Assembly: GCA_049976845.1 (NCBI GenBank)
Contig: JBMFHL010000001.1
Coordinates: 3,773 to 67,772 of the forward strand
From: Candidatus Micrarchaeia archaeon
Lineage (GTDB): Archaea > Micrarchaeota > Micrarchaeia > Micrarchaeales > CABMGC01
Reading direction: 5' to 3'
Length of the DNA: 64,000 nt
In this document: positions 1-9,854 of the stretch, one piece after another
Layout of the letters: every line of letters starts with the position of its first letter
Numbering within the stretch: the stretch's first letter is position 1
The notes under the pieces: generated by a model
The model's input: the letters and a program-made list of their open reading frames with translations, nothing else
What the model was told of the DNA's origin: nothing
The model's database searches: none
Position numbers and translations under genes: made by a program

Positions 1-335
1 GATACAAAGTGAGGATGCTTGAGATGAAAGAGAGCATAAAGATAATAAGAGATGCATTCAAAAAAATGCCAGATGGCGACGAGCTTGGCTTGCCCATAAA
101 ACTTATTTCCCCTCCAATAAAGAACACAGAGGTTTTTGTGAAGAGGGAGCTGCCCAGGGGTGAAGGCTACATGTATATGCTTGCAGACAAGCAGAGGCCG
201 TATAGGCTTGCGATCAGGGCACCCGCATTTGTAAACCTATCTGCCCTCAGGTACCTGGCAAAAGGCAATAGGCTAGCGGATCTCTTTGCAATACTTGGAA
301 GTTTGGATTTGGTGATGGCAGATGTTGACAGGTAA
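1..335 (+). CDS. nuoD: NADH-quinone oxidoreductase subunit D, C-terminal fragment (5' end lies outside the window)
   Basis: The open frame runs from the window edge. The C-terminal sequence ...RAPAFVNLSAL...LADLFAILGSLDLVMADVDR matches the conserved NuoD/49-kDa terminus, and nuoH follows directly. Confidence 0.85.
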   Translation, partial: YKVRMLEMKESIKIIRDAFKKMPDGDELGLPIKLISPPIKNTEVFVKRELPRGEGYMYMLADKQRPYRLAIRAPAFVNLSALRYLAKGNRLADLFAILGSLDLVMADVDR

Positions 336-1311
336 TCTTGGCCCAATAGGCATTCAACTTGCGCCTGTAGGCACTGTTACAGGAATAATCGAGTATATTA
401 TAATTATATTTGTATTCATAGCTACATTCGATTATATTTTTGGCTGGTTTGAAAGAAAGACCATAGCAAAAGCGCAATTTAGGCACGGGCCTACATATGT
501 TGGTAAGTTTGGAATTCTGCAGAATCTGGCAGATATAGTAAAGCTAGTTGCAAAGGAGAACATAACCCCTAACAGTGCAGACAGACTGCTTTTCTCCACC
601 GCCATGCCACTCTTGCTTGCACTTTTTATATTTCTTGTTTTCCTAATACCTTTCTCTCCTAATTATGGGATTAGCATAAGCGTAGGGCTGCTTGCAATAT
701 TTGTAATGCTTTCGTTTGCTCCCCTTATTGTGTTCGTAAGCGGCGTATCAAGCGGAAACAAATTTGCCGGTATAAGCGCACAAAGGTCAATAATAATGAT
801 GTTGAGCTATGAGATGCCGTTAATTGTAGTTATTGCGTCTGTGGCGTTGTTTGCAGGAAGCTTCAACTTAGGAAATATAGTAAACCTGCAGAGTAACGCG
901 CCTTTCATTATCCTTATGCCTATTGGATTTTTGGTTTTTTTTATTGCTATGCTTGCAGAGCTTGAAAGGCCGCCTTTTGACTTGAGGGAAGCTGACAGCG
1001 AACTTATTGCAGGGTGGCTTACTGATTTCGGATCGCCATATTACGCAATTGCACTCTTCGTTGATTATACTAGAATGTTCCTAGGCTCATTGCTGATATC
1101 CTTGCTTTTCTTAGGTGGATGGCTTGGACCAGTGCTTCCGCCTGTGGTGTGGCTTCTTGCAAAGAGCTTTTTTGTGGCGTTTGTGATAGTGTTAGTAAGG
1201 GCAACTACAGTTAGAATGAGGCTTGATAGATTACTTAGGTTTGGGTGGTTCTGGCTCTTGCCTCTTGCTCTGGTTAATATTATATTAACCTTTTTATTGT
1301 TTGTAAGATAA
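322..1311 (+). CDS. nuoH: NADH-quinone oxidoreductase subunit H (membrane)
   Basis: A 329-aa polytopic protein. It carries NuoH/ND1 motifs (ERKxxAxxQxRxGP, LAELERPPFDLxEAxSEL) and overlaps the nuoD end by 14 nt. Confidence 0.9.
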   Translation: MLTGNLGPIGIQLAPVGTVTGIIEYIIIIFVFIATFDYIFGWFERKTIAKAQFRHGPTYVGKFGILQNLADIVKLVAKENITPNSADRLLFSTAMPLLLALFIFLVFLIPFSPNYGISISVGLLAIFVMLSFAPLIVFVSGVSSGNKFAGISAQRSIIMMLSYEMPLIVVIASVALFAGSFNLGNIVNLQSNAPFIILMPIGFLVFFIAMLAELERPPFDLREADSELIAGWLTDFGSPYYAIALFVDYTRMFLGSLLISLLFLGGWLGPVLPPVVWLLAKSFFVAFVIVLVRATTVRMRLDRLLRFGWFWLLPLALVNIILTFLLFVR

Positions 1312-1312
1312 G

Positions 1313-1684
1313 GTGTTTAATGTGATAGTTGAACCTTTCGTAAAAACTCTGCAAGGCCTCAAAGATAAAAGATTTACTACGAAGTTCCCTGAGGAGAGGG
1401 AGATCCAACCAGACAACTACAGAGGCATACATAGGCTTGACATAGAAACCTGCATAAGCTGCGGCGCTTGCGAGAGGATCTGCCCTAACAATACTATAAC
1501 AATGGTTGACACAAACACACAGAAGGGTAGGAGGAAGACTCCGGAGATAAATTTAGATAGATGCCTTTTCTGTGGGCTCTGCGAAGAGGTGTGCCCAACA
1601 CACTGCCTAACATTGACCAAAAATTACAAGCTTGAGGCGTTAGATAGGAGAGAATTCGTAAAGAGGCCTGAAGAATTGAAGTGA
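1313..1684 (+). CDS. nuoI: NADH-quinone oxidoreductase subunit I (2x[4Fe-4S] ferredoxin)
   Basis: Two CxxCxxCxxxCP clusters are present (CISCGACERICP and CLFCGLCEEVCP). The start is uncertain: GTG at 1313, or GTG at 1322, which has AGGTG 6 nt upstream. Confidence 0.9.
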   Translation: MFNVIVEPFVKTLQGLKDKRFTTKFPEEREIQPDNYRGIHRLDIETCISCGACERICPNNTITMVDTNTQKGRRKTPEINLDRCLFCGLCEEVCPTHCLTLTKNYKLEALDRREFVKRPEELK

Positions 1685-1688
1685 CAAG

Positions 1689-2174
1689 ATGATTAGCGAG
1701 ATTTTATTTGCATTGATTTCGCTGTTTACGCTAGCTTCTGCAATAGTCATGCTTTTGTCCAGGAAATTGCTTAGGGCGGTGATCGCATTGGCGTTCGCCT
1801 TTACTGGCAGTTCGCTGATTTTCCTAATGCTGCAACAGAGCATATTGGCGCTTCTCCAGCTCTTCGTATTTGTCGGTGGACTTTCAACTTACTTGATAGT
1901 AGCTGTAGCGGCAGAGCCTAAACTATCAAAGAATATGAATGCCAGGAATTTTGCTGCTGCTGCAACCGCCTTGCTTATTGCATTCTTTTTCATTGTATAT
2001 AAATTTGCATATGCAAATACTACCACTAGCACGTATAGCGGCAGCTTTGTCACGAGTGCAGGAATTGCTATAGGGCACTACTACGCTCTTCTTGGCATAA
2101 TAATTTTTCTTCCGTTTGCAAGCGCTATTGGAAGCATACTCCTCATTAAGAGGCTTACGAAGGTGGTGGTCTAA
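1689..2174 (+). CDS. nuoJ: NADH-quinone oxidoreductase subunit J
   Basis: A 161-aa hydrophobic protein in the J position of the operon, with a NuoJ-like LQLFVFVGG segment. Confidence 0.75.
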   Translation: MISEILFALISLFTLASAIVMLLSRKLLRAVIALAFAFTGSSLIFLMLQQSILALLQLFVFVGGLSTYLIVAVAAEPKLSKNMNARNFAAAATALLIAFFFIVYKFAYANTTTSTYSGSFVTSAGIAIGHYYALLGIIIFLPFASAIGSILLIKRLTKVVV

Positions 2175-2482
2175 TGCTGCAGTTGGTTTATTTTATGTAT
2201 TTGAGCTTCGCACTGCTCGCGGTAGGGCTTGCAGGTATAGTAGCTAGCAAGCATATTATTTTGATAGTGCTTTCTGTAGAGCTTTTGTTTGTCTCAAGCA
2301 TAATTTTGCTTGCCGCTTCTGCTTCATATGCAAGCACCGCAAATGGCGATGCTGCAGCAATGATAATCGCAGTTTGGGCTGCTGCTGCCTCTGACGTGAT
2401 TGTATTGATTGCATTATACATGGTAATAAAGTCGAGGGGAGCCAAATTTGACGTGACATTGTTCTCTGAATTGAAGGGATAA
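2174..2482 (+). CDS. nuoK: NADH-quinone oxidoreductase subunit K
   Basis: A 102-aa, 3-TM protein containing the conserved Glu in SVELLF. It occupies the operon position after nuoJ and overlaps it by 1 nt. Confidence 0.8.
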   Translation: MLQLVYFMYLSFALLAVGLAGIVASKHIILIVLSVELLFVSSIILLAASASYASTANGDAAAMIIAVWAAAASDVIVLIALYMVIKSRGAKFDVTLFSELKG

Positions 2483-2483
2483 T

Positions 2484-4223
2484 ATGATAGCTTTGTTCAT
2501 TATAGTGCCTTTCTTGCTTGCTCTGCTACTTTCAGTGTTCCTAAAAAGCGGAAAGTATATTGCATATGTTGCAATAGCTGCAAGTATTGCCAGCCTTGCG
2601 ATGCTACCTTTCATACAAAACGGAGAATATAGCGTAAGCTGGTTCTCTGTGAATGGGTTCAGCTTCAATATCTCCACTTATATAGCACAGTCAAATATTA
2701 TGCTGCTTGCGATAGTGCTCCTGCTTGCTCCCATTATATTCCTTTACTCTCTAGGTTTTATCTCTGTGCCAAGTGAGAGGAAGCGTTTTTACATAGAGAT
2801 GCTGAGCTTCACGGTAGCAATGCTTGCCTTTGCAATTGCTGGGAACTTCATAGTCTTCTTTATAGCCTGGGAATTCCTCAGCGTGATGAGCTATTTATTA
2901 ATAGGCTTCTGGTATAAGAATCCAAAAGCTGCAAGAGCTGCAAGGAAAGCCATAACTATTGTATTTATTGGAGACCTTTGCATTCTTGGTTCCCTTATCC
3001 TGTTTTGGAATGCATATAATTCGCTAGAATTTTCAAATATAATATATGAAGCTTCTTCAAATCCTACTACAATACCTATAGTGGCTGTAATGCTCTTGAT
3101 TGTTGCAATCTTTACTAAGTCTGCACAGTTCCCCTTCCATGAATGGCTGCCTGATGCAATGGAAGGCCCAGTGCCTGTATCTGCTTTCTTGCATTCTGCG
3201 ACAATGGTAAAGGCAGGAGTATTTGCCGCGATAGTATTATACCCTATCTTTTTCTATTCGAAGAGCCTTCAGTACTTCCTTGTGATAGGTATTTTGACCG
3301 CAATTATTGCAACAACTAATGCAATGAGAGAGAGGCATATAAAGAAGGTATTGGCATACTCTACAATCCAAGAGCTCGCACTGATGCTTGCAAGCATAGG
3401 GGTAGGTGCAGTTGCAGCTGCCTTATACTTCTTCTTCGCACAGGCTTTCTATAAAGCACTGCTCTTCTTCAGCTCTGGAGTTATGATGAAGTCTAACAAC
3501 AATACTGATTTATATTCTATTTATGGACTCAAACATAACAAGCTGATATATATAACAACACTTTTTGGAGTCCTATCCTTAGCAGGATTTATTCCTTTTG
3601 ACGGGTTCTTCTCTTCTGTTGTTGTTGGAGAGTCTTTCACAAGCAATATTCTTGCTTATGCAATAATTAGCATTATAGGTCTTGCTACAAGTTTCTATAT
3701 ATTCAGGTGGTTCTTTTTGTCTTCGAAGAGCACCAAGGACAGCAGCATTAACCTTTCATATGATTCACAGCCACACAGCATGGTTATTTCGATGGCTATC
3801 CTTGCTGCATTTACAATTATTGCTTCGCTTGTATTCTTCTTTACTAGTATTTACAGTAGTTTAAGGATTAGCTTCATTGATTCTGCTGTAGAAATTGCCA
3901 TGTTTTCCATAGGTTTTGCTGCAAGCTATTTTGTTTACGTAAAAGGTAGAACATATTTTAATCCTAAGCGTTTTGAAGGCATATTGCATAACAGCATTGT
4001 TACAAATGCGTTTTATCTTTATACGGCAATTTTCATTTACAAAATAGCCGAAGGGGTTGATTTGTTTGATCTTTACCTTAATGACCTGTTTGATTGGTTT
4101 GGCCATCTGGCTATGAAATTGGGGATCGGGGCAAATGATATTACAAACGGCCAAATTAGCCTTTACGCGGCTGCGCTGATATTGGGATTTGTTATCCTTG
4201 GGATTATAATGGTGATTACATAA
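2484..4223 (+). CDS. nuoL: NADH-quinone oxidoreductase subunit L (Mrp antiporter-like)
   Basis: A 579-aa polytopic protein with antiporter-like motifs (WEFLSVMSYLLIGFW, KSAQFPFHEWLPDAMEGPVPVSAFLHSATMVKAG). Confidence 0.85.
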   Translation: MIALFIIVPFLLALLLSVFLKSGKYIAYVAIAASIASLAMLPFIQNGEYSVSWFSVNGFSFNISTYIAQSNIMLLAIVLLLAPIIFLYSLGFISVPSERKRFYIEMLSFTVAMLAFAIAGNFIVFFIAWEFLSVMSYLLIGFWYKNPKAARAARKAITIVFIGDLCILGSLILFWNAYNSLEFSNIIYEASSNPTTIPIVAVMLLIVAIFTKSAQFPFHEWLPDAMEGPVPVSAFLHSATMVKAGVFAAIVLYPIFFYSKSLQYFLVIGILTAIIATTNAMRERHIKKVLAYSTIQELALMLASIGVGAVAAALYFFFAQAFYKALLFFSSGVMMKSNNNTDLYSIYGLKHNKLIYITTLFGVLSLAGFIPFDGFFSSVVVGESFTSNILAYAIISIIGLATSFYIFRWFFLSSKSTKDSSINLSYDSQPHSMVISMAILAAFTIIASLVFFFTSIYSSLRISFIDSAVEIAMFSIGFAASYFVYVKGRTYFNPKRFEGILHNSIVTNAFYLYTAIFIYKIAEGVDLFDLYLNDLFDWFGHLAMKLGIGANDITNGQISLYAAALILGFVILGIIMVIT

Positions 4224-4228
4224 TACCT

Positions 4229-5629
4229 TTGCTGATGTTACTTGTGCTGCTGCCTGTATTCGGGGCTCTTTTAGCTTTAGCGATTAGGAGAATGCCTGCA
4301 ATTATAAGTACTTCGACAGCCATTGTTGAACTAATCGTATTGTTGGCTGCCTTATATTACTTCGTTAGATATGGGTCGTTGCAGAATTCTTACAGTTATA
4401 TTTTGCCGCTAGGGATAAACTTTGGGTTTGCTCTTACTAATATAACGTTTGTATTTGCAATGCTTACAGCGATTGTTTTTTTGGCAGCCGCAATTGCAAA
4501 TATCGTTTTCATAAAGGAGGAGAAGCTTGGTTACAATTCTTTGTTTATGCTTGCTGAAAGCGCAGTTTTTGGAATCTTCCTTTCTGAAAATCTATTCTTA
4601 CTTTATCTATTCTGGGACACTGCAATTATAATATTCTTTTTCATGCTCTTCCATTTTGGAGGCTATGACAGGAGGTATGCTGCAGTGAAATTTGTATTGT
4701 ATTCCATATTCTCCAGCGCTATGCTGCTGATAGGTATAATGATGATCTACTTTTACATGCCTGTGCATACATTTAACATTTCGCAGGTAATCAGCTCAGC
4801 AGGATTGATTCCCCATACCGAGCAGCTTGAAGTACTTATAGTATTGATGCTTGCATTCATGGTGAAACTGCCAGTATTTCCATTTCATTCTTGGGCTCCC
4901 GATGCCTATTCAGAAGCGCCTGCTGGAAGTGCTATGTTATTGTCTGGAGTCCTGTCAAAATTTGGGGCATATGGAATGCTGCTTCTGTTTATTTCGTTGC
5001 CAATAGCAAAGACTTATTCAATTTATTTCGCAGAGCTTTTTGCTTTCTCTGCTATATACGCTGCCTTCGTTGCAATGAATCAAAAGGAATTAAGGAGGAT
5101 GCTTTCGTATTTGAGCATCAGCGAAATGGGAATTATTGCTTTTGGGATCTCCTCATTAAACTCTGTAGGAATCGCGGGAGCATTAGTGGGAATTTTTGGG
5201 CATGCTCTTATAATAGCGCTTCTGTTCCTGCTTGCTTTCTCTATAGAAAAGGCCTTTGGAACTTCGATATTGGCAAGGCTCAAGGGCTTGCTTAATGGTT
5301 CCAAGCTTATCGGTTATGTATTTATTTTTGGAGTGCTTGCCACACTGGGTCTTCCGCTTACAAGCGGATTCATATCAGACTTGCTGATACTGCTAGGTAG
5401 TGCAAAAAGCTTCGGACTGATTATACTGTTACCACTATTTGCCATACTAATAAATGGTGCGTACCTCTTCTGGGTCTATGAGAGGGTCTTCACAGCAAAA
5501 GAGGAACCACGTATATATGAAAAGCAGAATGGCTACATTTATGCGGCAATGGCATTATTGCTTGTATTTATTATAATTATAGGTATACTTCCTTCTATAA
5601 TCTTAAACAATCTTGGTGCTATAATATGA
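4229..5629 (+). CDS. nuoM: NADH-quinone oxidoreductase subunit M
   Basis: A 466-aa antiporter-like subunit (KLPVFPFHSWAPDAYSEAPAGSAMLLSGVLSKFG). The ORF opens at TTG 4229, and the first ATG is at 4235. Confidence 0.85.
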   Translation: MLMLLVLLPVFGALLALAIRRMPAIISTSTAIVELIVLLAALYYFVRYGSLQNSYSYILPLGINFGFALTNITFVFAMLTAIVFLAAAIANIVFIKEEKLGYNSLFMLAESAVFGIFLSENLFLLYLFWDTAIIIFFFMLFHFGGYDRRYAAVKFVLYSIFSSAMLLIGIMMIYFYMPVHTFNISQVISSAGLIPHTEQLEVLIVLMLAFMVKLPVFPFHSWAPDAYSEAPAGSAMLLSGVLSKFGAYGMLLLFISLPIAKTYSIYFAELFAFSAIYAAFVAMNQKELRRMLSYLSISEMGIIAFGISSLNSVGIAGALVGIFGHALIIALLFLLAFSIEKAFGTSILARLKGLLNGSKLIGYVFIFGVLATLGLPLTSGFISDLLILLGSAKSFGLIILLPLFAILINGAYLFWVYERVFTAKEEPRIYEKQNGYIYAAMALLLVFIIIIGILPSIILNNLGAII

Positions 5630-6993
5630 TAAGTTTAGTTTATATTTTCATCTTGCTCTTTGCCATTCTGGCACTAGGAAGCATGCTTGCTAGGATATTA
5701 AACAGAAAGGCACTGCTGTATGCTTTTTCTGTGCTTACTATTGCTGCAATTGCAGCCACTGCTGCAGATTTCATTTTTTCAGGCTCATTTGGAATTTATC
5801 TTGGTATTTTGTCGCTAAACCCATTTTCTTCTTTAATGATTATTCTTTTTGCTGCCGCAACAATACTTATTCTCTCTTACTCCCTAGAAGAAAGTACTTA
5901 CGAGGACTTTGCGCTTCTTCTTAGTTTTGACTTTATAGGAGCCAGTGTTGTGGCAATGGCAAATTCTTTAATTACTATCTTCCTTGGGCTGGAACTTGTG
6001 GCAATTCCAACTACAATAATGATTCTTCTTTCGAGAAAAAGCCTTGAGGCTGGAATAAAGTACTTTGTAATAACTGCAATTGCTTCATCCCTCTTGGCTT
6101 TTGGAATTGCGCTTGTTTACCTTTTTTCTGGAAATTTGCTTTTGTTATCGCAGCCTTATAGTGTGGGGCTTGCCTTTGCTTTGGTTATGTTCATAGCTGC
6201 AATTGGCATAGAAGCCTCTGTATTCCCTTTCAATCTTTGGGTCCCAGATGTATACCAAGGCTCCCCTTCTTTTGTAACATCGGTGCTTGGAGGAATAAAC
6301 AAAAAAGTAGGCCTTATAGCTTTGGTAGAAGTTGTGCTGATCATGTTTGGAACGTATACCATAGTAGCATACCTAGTTGCTGTACTTGCAATTCTTACGA
6401 TGTTTTATGGGAATCTTGGTGCATTAAGGCAACAGAACATTAAGAGGATGCTTGCGTATTCTTCAATATCACAAGCAGGCTATATTATGATTGGCTTAGC
6501 AACCTTAACTTCTTATGGAATCTCTGCGAGCATATTTCAAATATTTGCCCACATCTTTATGTTCGTTGGTGCATTCGCAATAGTCTCTTGGCTTGAGGGC
6601 AAAAACAGAGTAAATATCAATGAATATGTTGGCTTGAATAGTGAAAACAGGCTTGCTGCATTAGGTCTGAGCATTTTTCTTTTATCTATGGCAGGCATAC
6701 CGTTTACTGTGGGTTTCGTAGGGAAGTTTCTCCTCTTTTCAAGCGCGATATATGCAAACATGGCATGGCTTGCTATTCTAGGCATAATAAGCACTGTTAT
6801 TTCTATCTATTATTATTCGCGTGTGATAATTGCAATCTATACTAATAGAGCGGGCACAGTATATATTCACATGCATAGGAATGTGGCTGCTGTTGTTGCA
6901 GCATGTATAGTTATAGTGATTGCATTTGGCATATACCCGGGACCGGCAATCCATGCTGTTGAAAGCGCTGGCACTTATCTAATGCATGGCTAA
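5626..6993 (+). CDS. nuoN: NADH-quinone oxidoreductase subunit N
   Basis: A 455-aa antiporter-like subunit (FPFNLWVPDVYQGSPSFVTSVL, RMLAYSSISQAGYIM). It overlaps nuoM by 4 nt and is the last gene of the operon. Confidence 0.85.
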   Translation: MISLVYIFILLFAILALGSMLARILNRKALLYAFSVLTIAAIAATAADFIFSGSFGIYLGILSLNPFSSLMIILFAAATILILSYSLEESTYEDFALLLSFDFIGASVVAMANSLITIFLGLELVAIPTTIMILLSRKSLEAGIKYFVITAIASSLLAFGIALVYLFSGNLLLLSQPYSVGLAFALVMFIAAIGIEASVFPFNLWVPDVYQGSPSFVTSVLGGINKKVGLIALVEVVLIMFGTYTIVAYLVAVLAILTMFYGNLGALRQQNIKRMLAYSSISQAGYIMIGLATLTSYGISASIFQIFAHIFMFVGAFAIVSWLEGKNRVNINEYVGLNSENRLAALGLSIFLLSMAGIPFTVGFVGKFLLFSSAIYANMAWLAILGIISTVISIYYYSRVIIAIYTNRAGTVYIHMHRNVAAVVAACIVIVIAFGIYPGPAIHAVESAGTYLMHG

Positions 6994-7003
6994 ATCTAGA
7001 ACT

Positions 7004-9799
7004 TTATCTCTGACCATATGTTGACAAGAAGGAGAGGTACCTTCCTACCGCCATGCTTGGCGCAGAAGGTCTTGTCTTTTCTATCAGGTCTGTTAGATCC
7101 GACATTGTAATTTTAAGCTCTTTATTTGAATCCACACTTTTTTCCAATGCATTCATCTTAGCCTGTCTGCAGAGGTTCGCTATATCGGCACCTGTAAATC
7201 CTGGAGTCATTGAGGCAAGCACAGCAAAATTAATATTTGGTTCTAATGGTGCTTTCTTTAGGTACTGCTCGAATAAGCTTGCCCTGTCTTGTTCATTTGG
7301 AGGAGGAATAAATATGAGCTTGTCGAATCGGCCTGCCCTTAGTAGCGCAGAGTCTAGCGCATCTGGCCTGTTTGTCGCACCTACAAGCACTATATTATAC
7401 TTTGATTTCAGACCATCAAGTTCCTCGAGAAACTCACCTGTTAAGCTCACGCTAAGCTCACTTGCATTTTCTCTTGCAGGAACTACCGCATCTATCTCAT
7501 CGATAAATATTATAGACGGTGCATTCTCCTTTGCTCTATTGAATGCCTCTTTTATCTTTAATATTGACAAATTGGTGCCTGCTTTACTTATCTCTGAACC
7601 TGAAAGAAGTATCATATGCACATCCCCTATCTCTGAAGCAACTGCACGCATGAGCATGGTTTTGCCGGTGCCCGGAGGCCCAAAGAGCAGTATGCCCCTT
7701 ATGTTCTCTATGTCATATTTCTTGACAAGATCCGGATGCAGTATTGGTATCTCTACCGCTTCATATATTGCCTTCTTCGCTTCTTCAAGACCTACTACAT
7801 CATCGAGAGATACTGTACTGGTATCTTTATCTTCGCGCTCTGGATGCACCCTCCTTTCGTAATCAAGCTTGAATGTCGTATATTCTTCTATCTGACTCAG
7901 CGATGTTGAAGGTTTTGTAAGCTTTATTATCCTTACCATATCGCCCATTGTTATTTGCAGGATTTTGTTCATTGAGCTTGCTTCTTCTGCGGTCTCTCGT
8001 GCAGCCTCATCACATACATTTTTAATGTCAGCGCCAGAATATCTTTCGGATATTTCTGCAAGCTTGTGATAATCAATATCTTCCACTACAGGAAGCTTGG
8101 AGAGGTAGTATCTGAAGATCTTCTCTCTGCCGCTTGCGTCTGGAAGCGGCATGTATATTATCTTATCGAATCTGCCAGGCCTCATTATGCTTGGATCTAA
8201 TAGCTGTGGCGTGTTTGTTGCACCAACTATGACTACGCCTTCTATCTTCTGGAAGCCGTCCATTTCGCTTAGCAGTGTAGATAGGATCTGCTTACCAGAT
8301 TCTGACTCCTGTATCTCCCTGCTTCCTGCTATGCCATCAATCTCATCAAAGAACAACACGCATGGGGTATGCTTTTTGGCAGTGGCAAATATTCTTGAAA
8401 GAGTCTGAGCACTTTCCCCGGAGTATGGAGAGAGTATTGACGATGCTTTTACATAGAAGAATCCTGCCCTAATGTCATTGGCTAGAGCCCTCATTATCAG
8501 TGTTTTGCCAGTGCCTGGAGGCCCAAAGAGCAGTATACCTTTTGTTGGATTTATTCCGTATGCTCCGGACAGCTCACGGTGTTCTATTGGCGCAATTATT
8601 GCTTCCTTCAGCTCTGTTTTTGTTTCTTCGTAGTTTGCAACATCGTCAAGCGTTTCGTTCGTGCCACTTGTCAGATCCTCGAAGCCTTCACCAAAATGGG
8701 ACCTGAAATCGCGCTTCATCACTTCGAGAGCCTTGATTACTGGCACATCATTAAACTCCAAGAACAATATTATAAGAGGAGTAACTAGAAAGCCTAGCAA
8801 TGGGTAATAAACAAAGCTGTTTTTAGTTAGGTATGAAAGAATTATGTATGTGATAGGTATTATTATGCTAAAGAGGCTTGCTTCTGAGCCCTTGTATTTG
8901 GACCTGCTTTTTATTATATAATTGCTCATTACGAATACCACTATTATCCAAATAACGAGTTGCACTATCGCGATGTTACCTTCTATTGCAAGTGGCAGCA
9001 TTGCCAAATAGAAACTGGTAGGTATGCCCCCAGTTACCTTAAAACCAAAGAAATTATCTACTGAATTTGCCCATGCCGAACCTAAGGATGTTATGTTTGG
9101 CGCCGTCTTTGTTGGCATTAGGTATTGTGCATAGCTATTGGAGATTATAAACGAGTGGGCTAATGATGCGTTGAAGACTATACTGCCAGTATTTTGCATG
9201 TTCATTATGCCTGAGAGCATAATTACAATTAAAACTACTACAGCTACGCTTATAATGCCCCTCTTTGCCCCTACAAGCAGAACCATGAAGACAAGTGCAG
9301 GTATCTCAATAAAATAGCCCAAATAAGAGAATGGGAGGGCAATAAGCAGATAAGTCAATGTTATTATACGATAGTGCTTGAAGCCCAATAGGAGAGAGAC
9401 GCTTACGAAAATTGTGAAGAGCCATGCAAGCAGAGGAGCTTGATATATAAACATTGGTAATGTTTCAAAAAACAGAGTCATAAGCCCAAAGAGAGGATGT
9501 ATCATTGTTACAATAAAAGTAAGCACCAGCAATGGTATTATTATTATTGGAGGTAAAAACGGGAGGGCGATGGAGACGCTTGCTAATGTGAAAGTAGTTG
9601 CGATTGCATCAGGAAAATTTGGATGTGAAGTAAAATCTTTCAGTATGTCTTTGAGCCAGTAAGTCGAGAGAGGCAAGCTCCTTTTAATTGATACTTCGCT
9701 CTTTTGCTTTGGCCTTTTACCTAGTACTACACTTTTCTTTTTCTTTTTGTTCTGGGTACTGGGCGCCGCCTTAGTAACCGTGCTCTGACCATCGGGCAT
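7004..9799 (-). CDS. Double AAA+ ATPase (Cdc48/VAT-like D1-D2) fused to an N-terminal polytopic membrane domain
   Basis: Two complete AAA modules are present. Each has Walker A GPPGTGKT, a Walker B (FFDEIDGI / FIDEIDAV) and a second region of homology (ATNTPQLLDPSIMRPGRFD / ATNRPDALDSALLRAGRFD). They are preceded by about 350 aa containing a poly-Lys stretch and many hydrophobic helices. Confidence 0.85.
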   Translation of the reverse strand: MPDGQSTVTKAAPSTQNKKKKKSVVLGKRPKQKSEVSIKRSLPLSTYWLKDILKDFTSHPNFPDAIATTFTLASVSIALPFLPPIIIIPLLVLTFIVTMIHPLFGLMTLFFETLPMFIYQAPLLAWLFTIFVSVSLLLGFKHYRIITLTYLLIALPFSYLGYFIEIPALVFMVLLVGAKRGIISVAVVVLIVIMLSGIMNMQNTGSIVFNASLAHSFIISNSYAQYLMPTKTAPNITSLGSAWANSVDNFFGFKVTGGIPTSFYLAMLPLAIEGNIAIVQLVIWIIVVFVMSNYIIKSRSKYKGSEASLFSIIIPITYIILSYLTKNSFVYYPLLGFLVTPLIILFLEFNDVPVIKALEVMKRDFRSHFGEGFEDLTSGTNETLDDVANYEETKTELKEAIIAPIEHRELSGAYGINPTKGILLFGPPGTGKTLIMRALANDIRAGFFYVKASSILSPYSGESAQTLSRIFATAKKHTPCVLFFDEIDGIAGSREIQESESGKQILSTLLSEMDGFQKIEGVVIVGATNTPQLLDPSIMRPGRFDKIIYMPLPDASGREKIFRYYLSKLPVVEDIDYHKLAEISERYSGADIKNVCDEAARETAEEASSMNKILQITMGDMVRIIKLTKPSTSLSQIEEYTTFKLDYERRVHPEREDKDTSTVSLDDVVGLEEAKKAIYEAVEIPILHPDLVKKYDIENIRGILLFGPPGTGKTMLMRAVASEIGDVHMILLSGSEISKAGTNLSILKIKEAFNRAKENAPSIIFIDEIDAVVPARENASELSVSLTGEFLEELDGLKSKYNIVLVGATNRPDALDSALLRAGRFDKLIFIPPPNEQDRASLFEQYLKKAPLEPNINFAVLASMTPGFTGADIANLCRQAKMNALEKSVDSNKELKITMSDLTDLIEKTRPSAPSMAVGRYLSFLSTYGQR

Positions 9800-9854
9800 A
9801 ATTTTTATAGCTATCTATAGATATAATAATATTAACCTTGTATATTTTGATTCA

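Noticed and set aside
4891-5295. A 134-aa same-strand alternative-frame ORF inside nuoM. Similar ORFs occur at 3682..3864 and 6237..6443.
   Set aside because: These are embedded out of frame in conserved antiporter-like subunit genes. The products are Cys/Arg/Trp-rich with no domain signature.
7053-7862. A 269-aa ORF on the plus strand, antisense to the AAA+ ATPase gene.
   Set aside because: It lies entirely inside a strongly supported AAA+ coding region. The translation is Ser/Leu/Ala-rich low complexity, typical of the antisense frame of an AT-rich gene, and carries no motif. The same reasoning applies to 8151..8408, 8500..8706 and 8579..8788.
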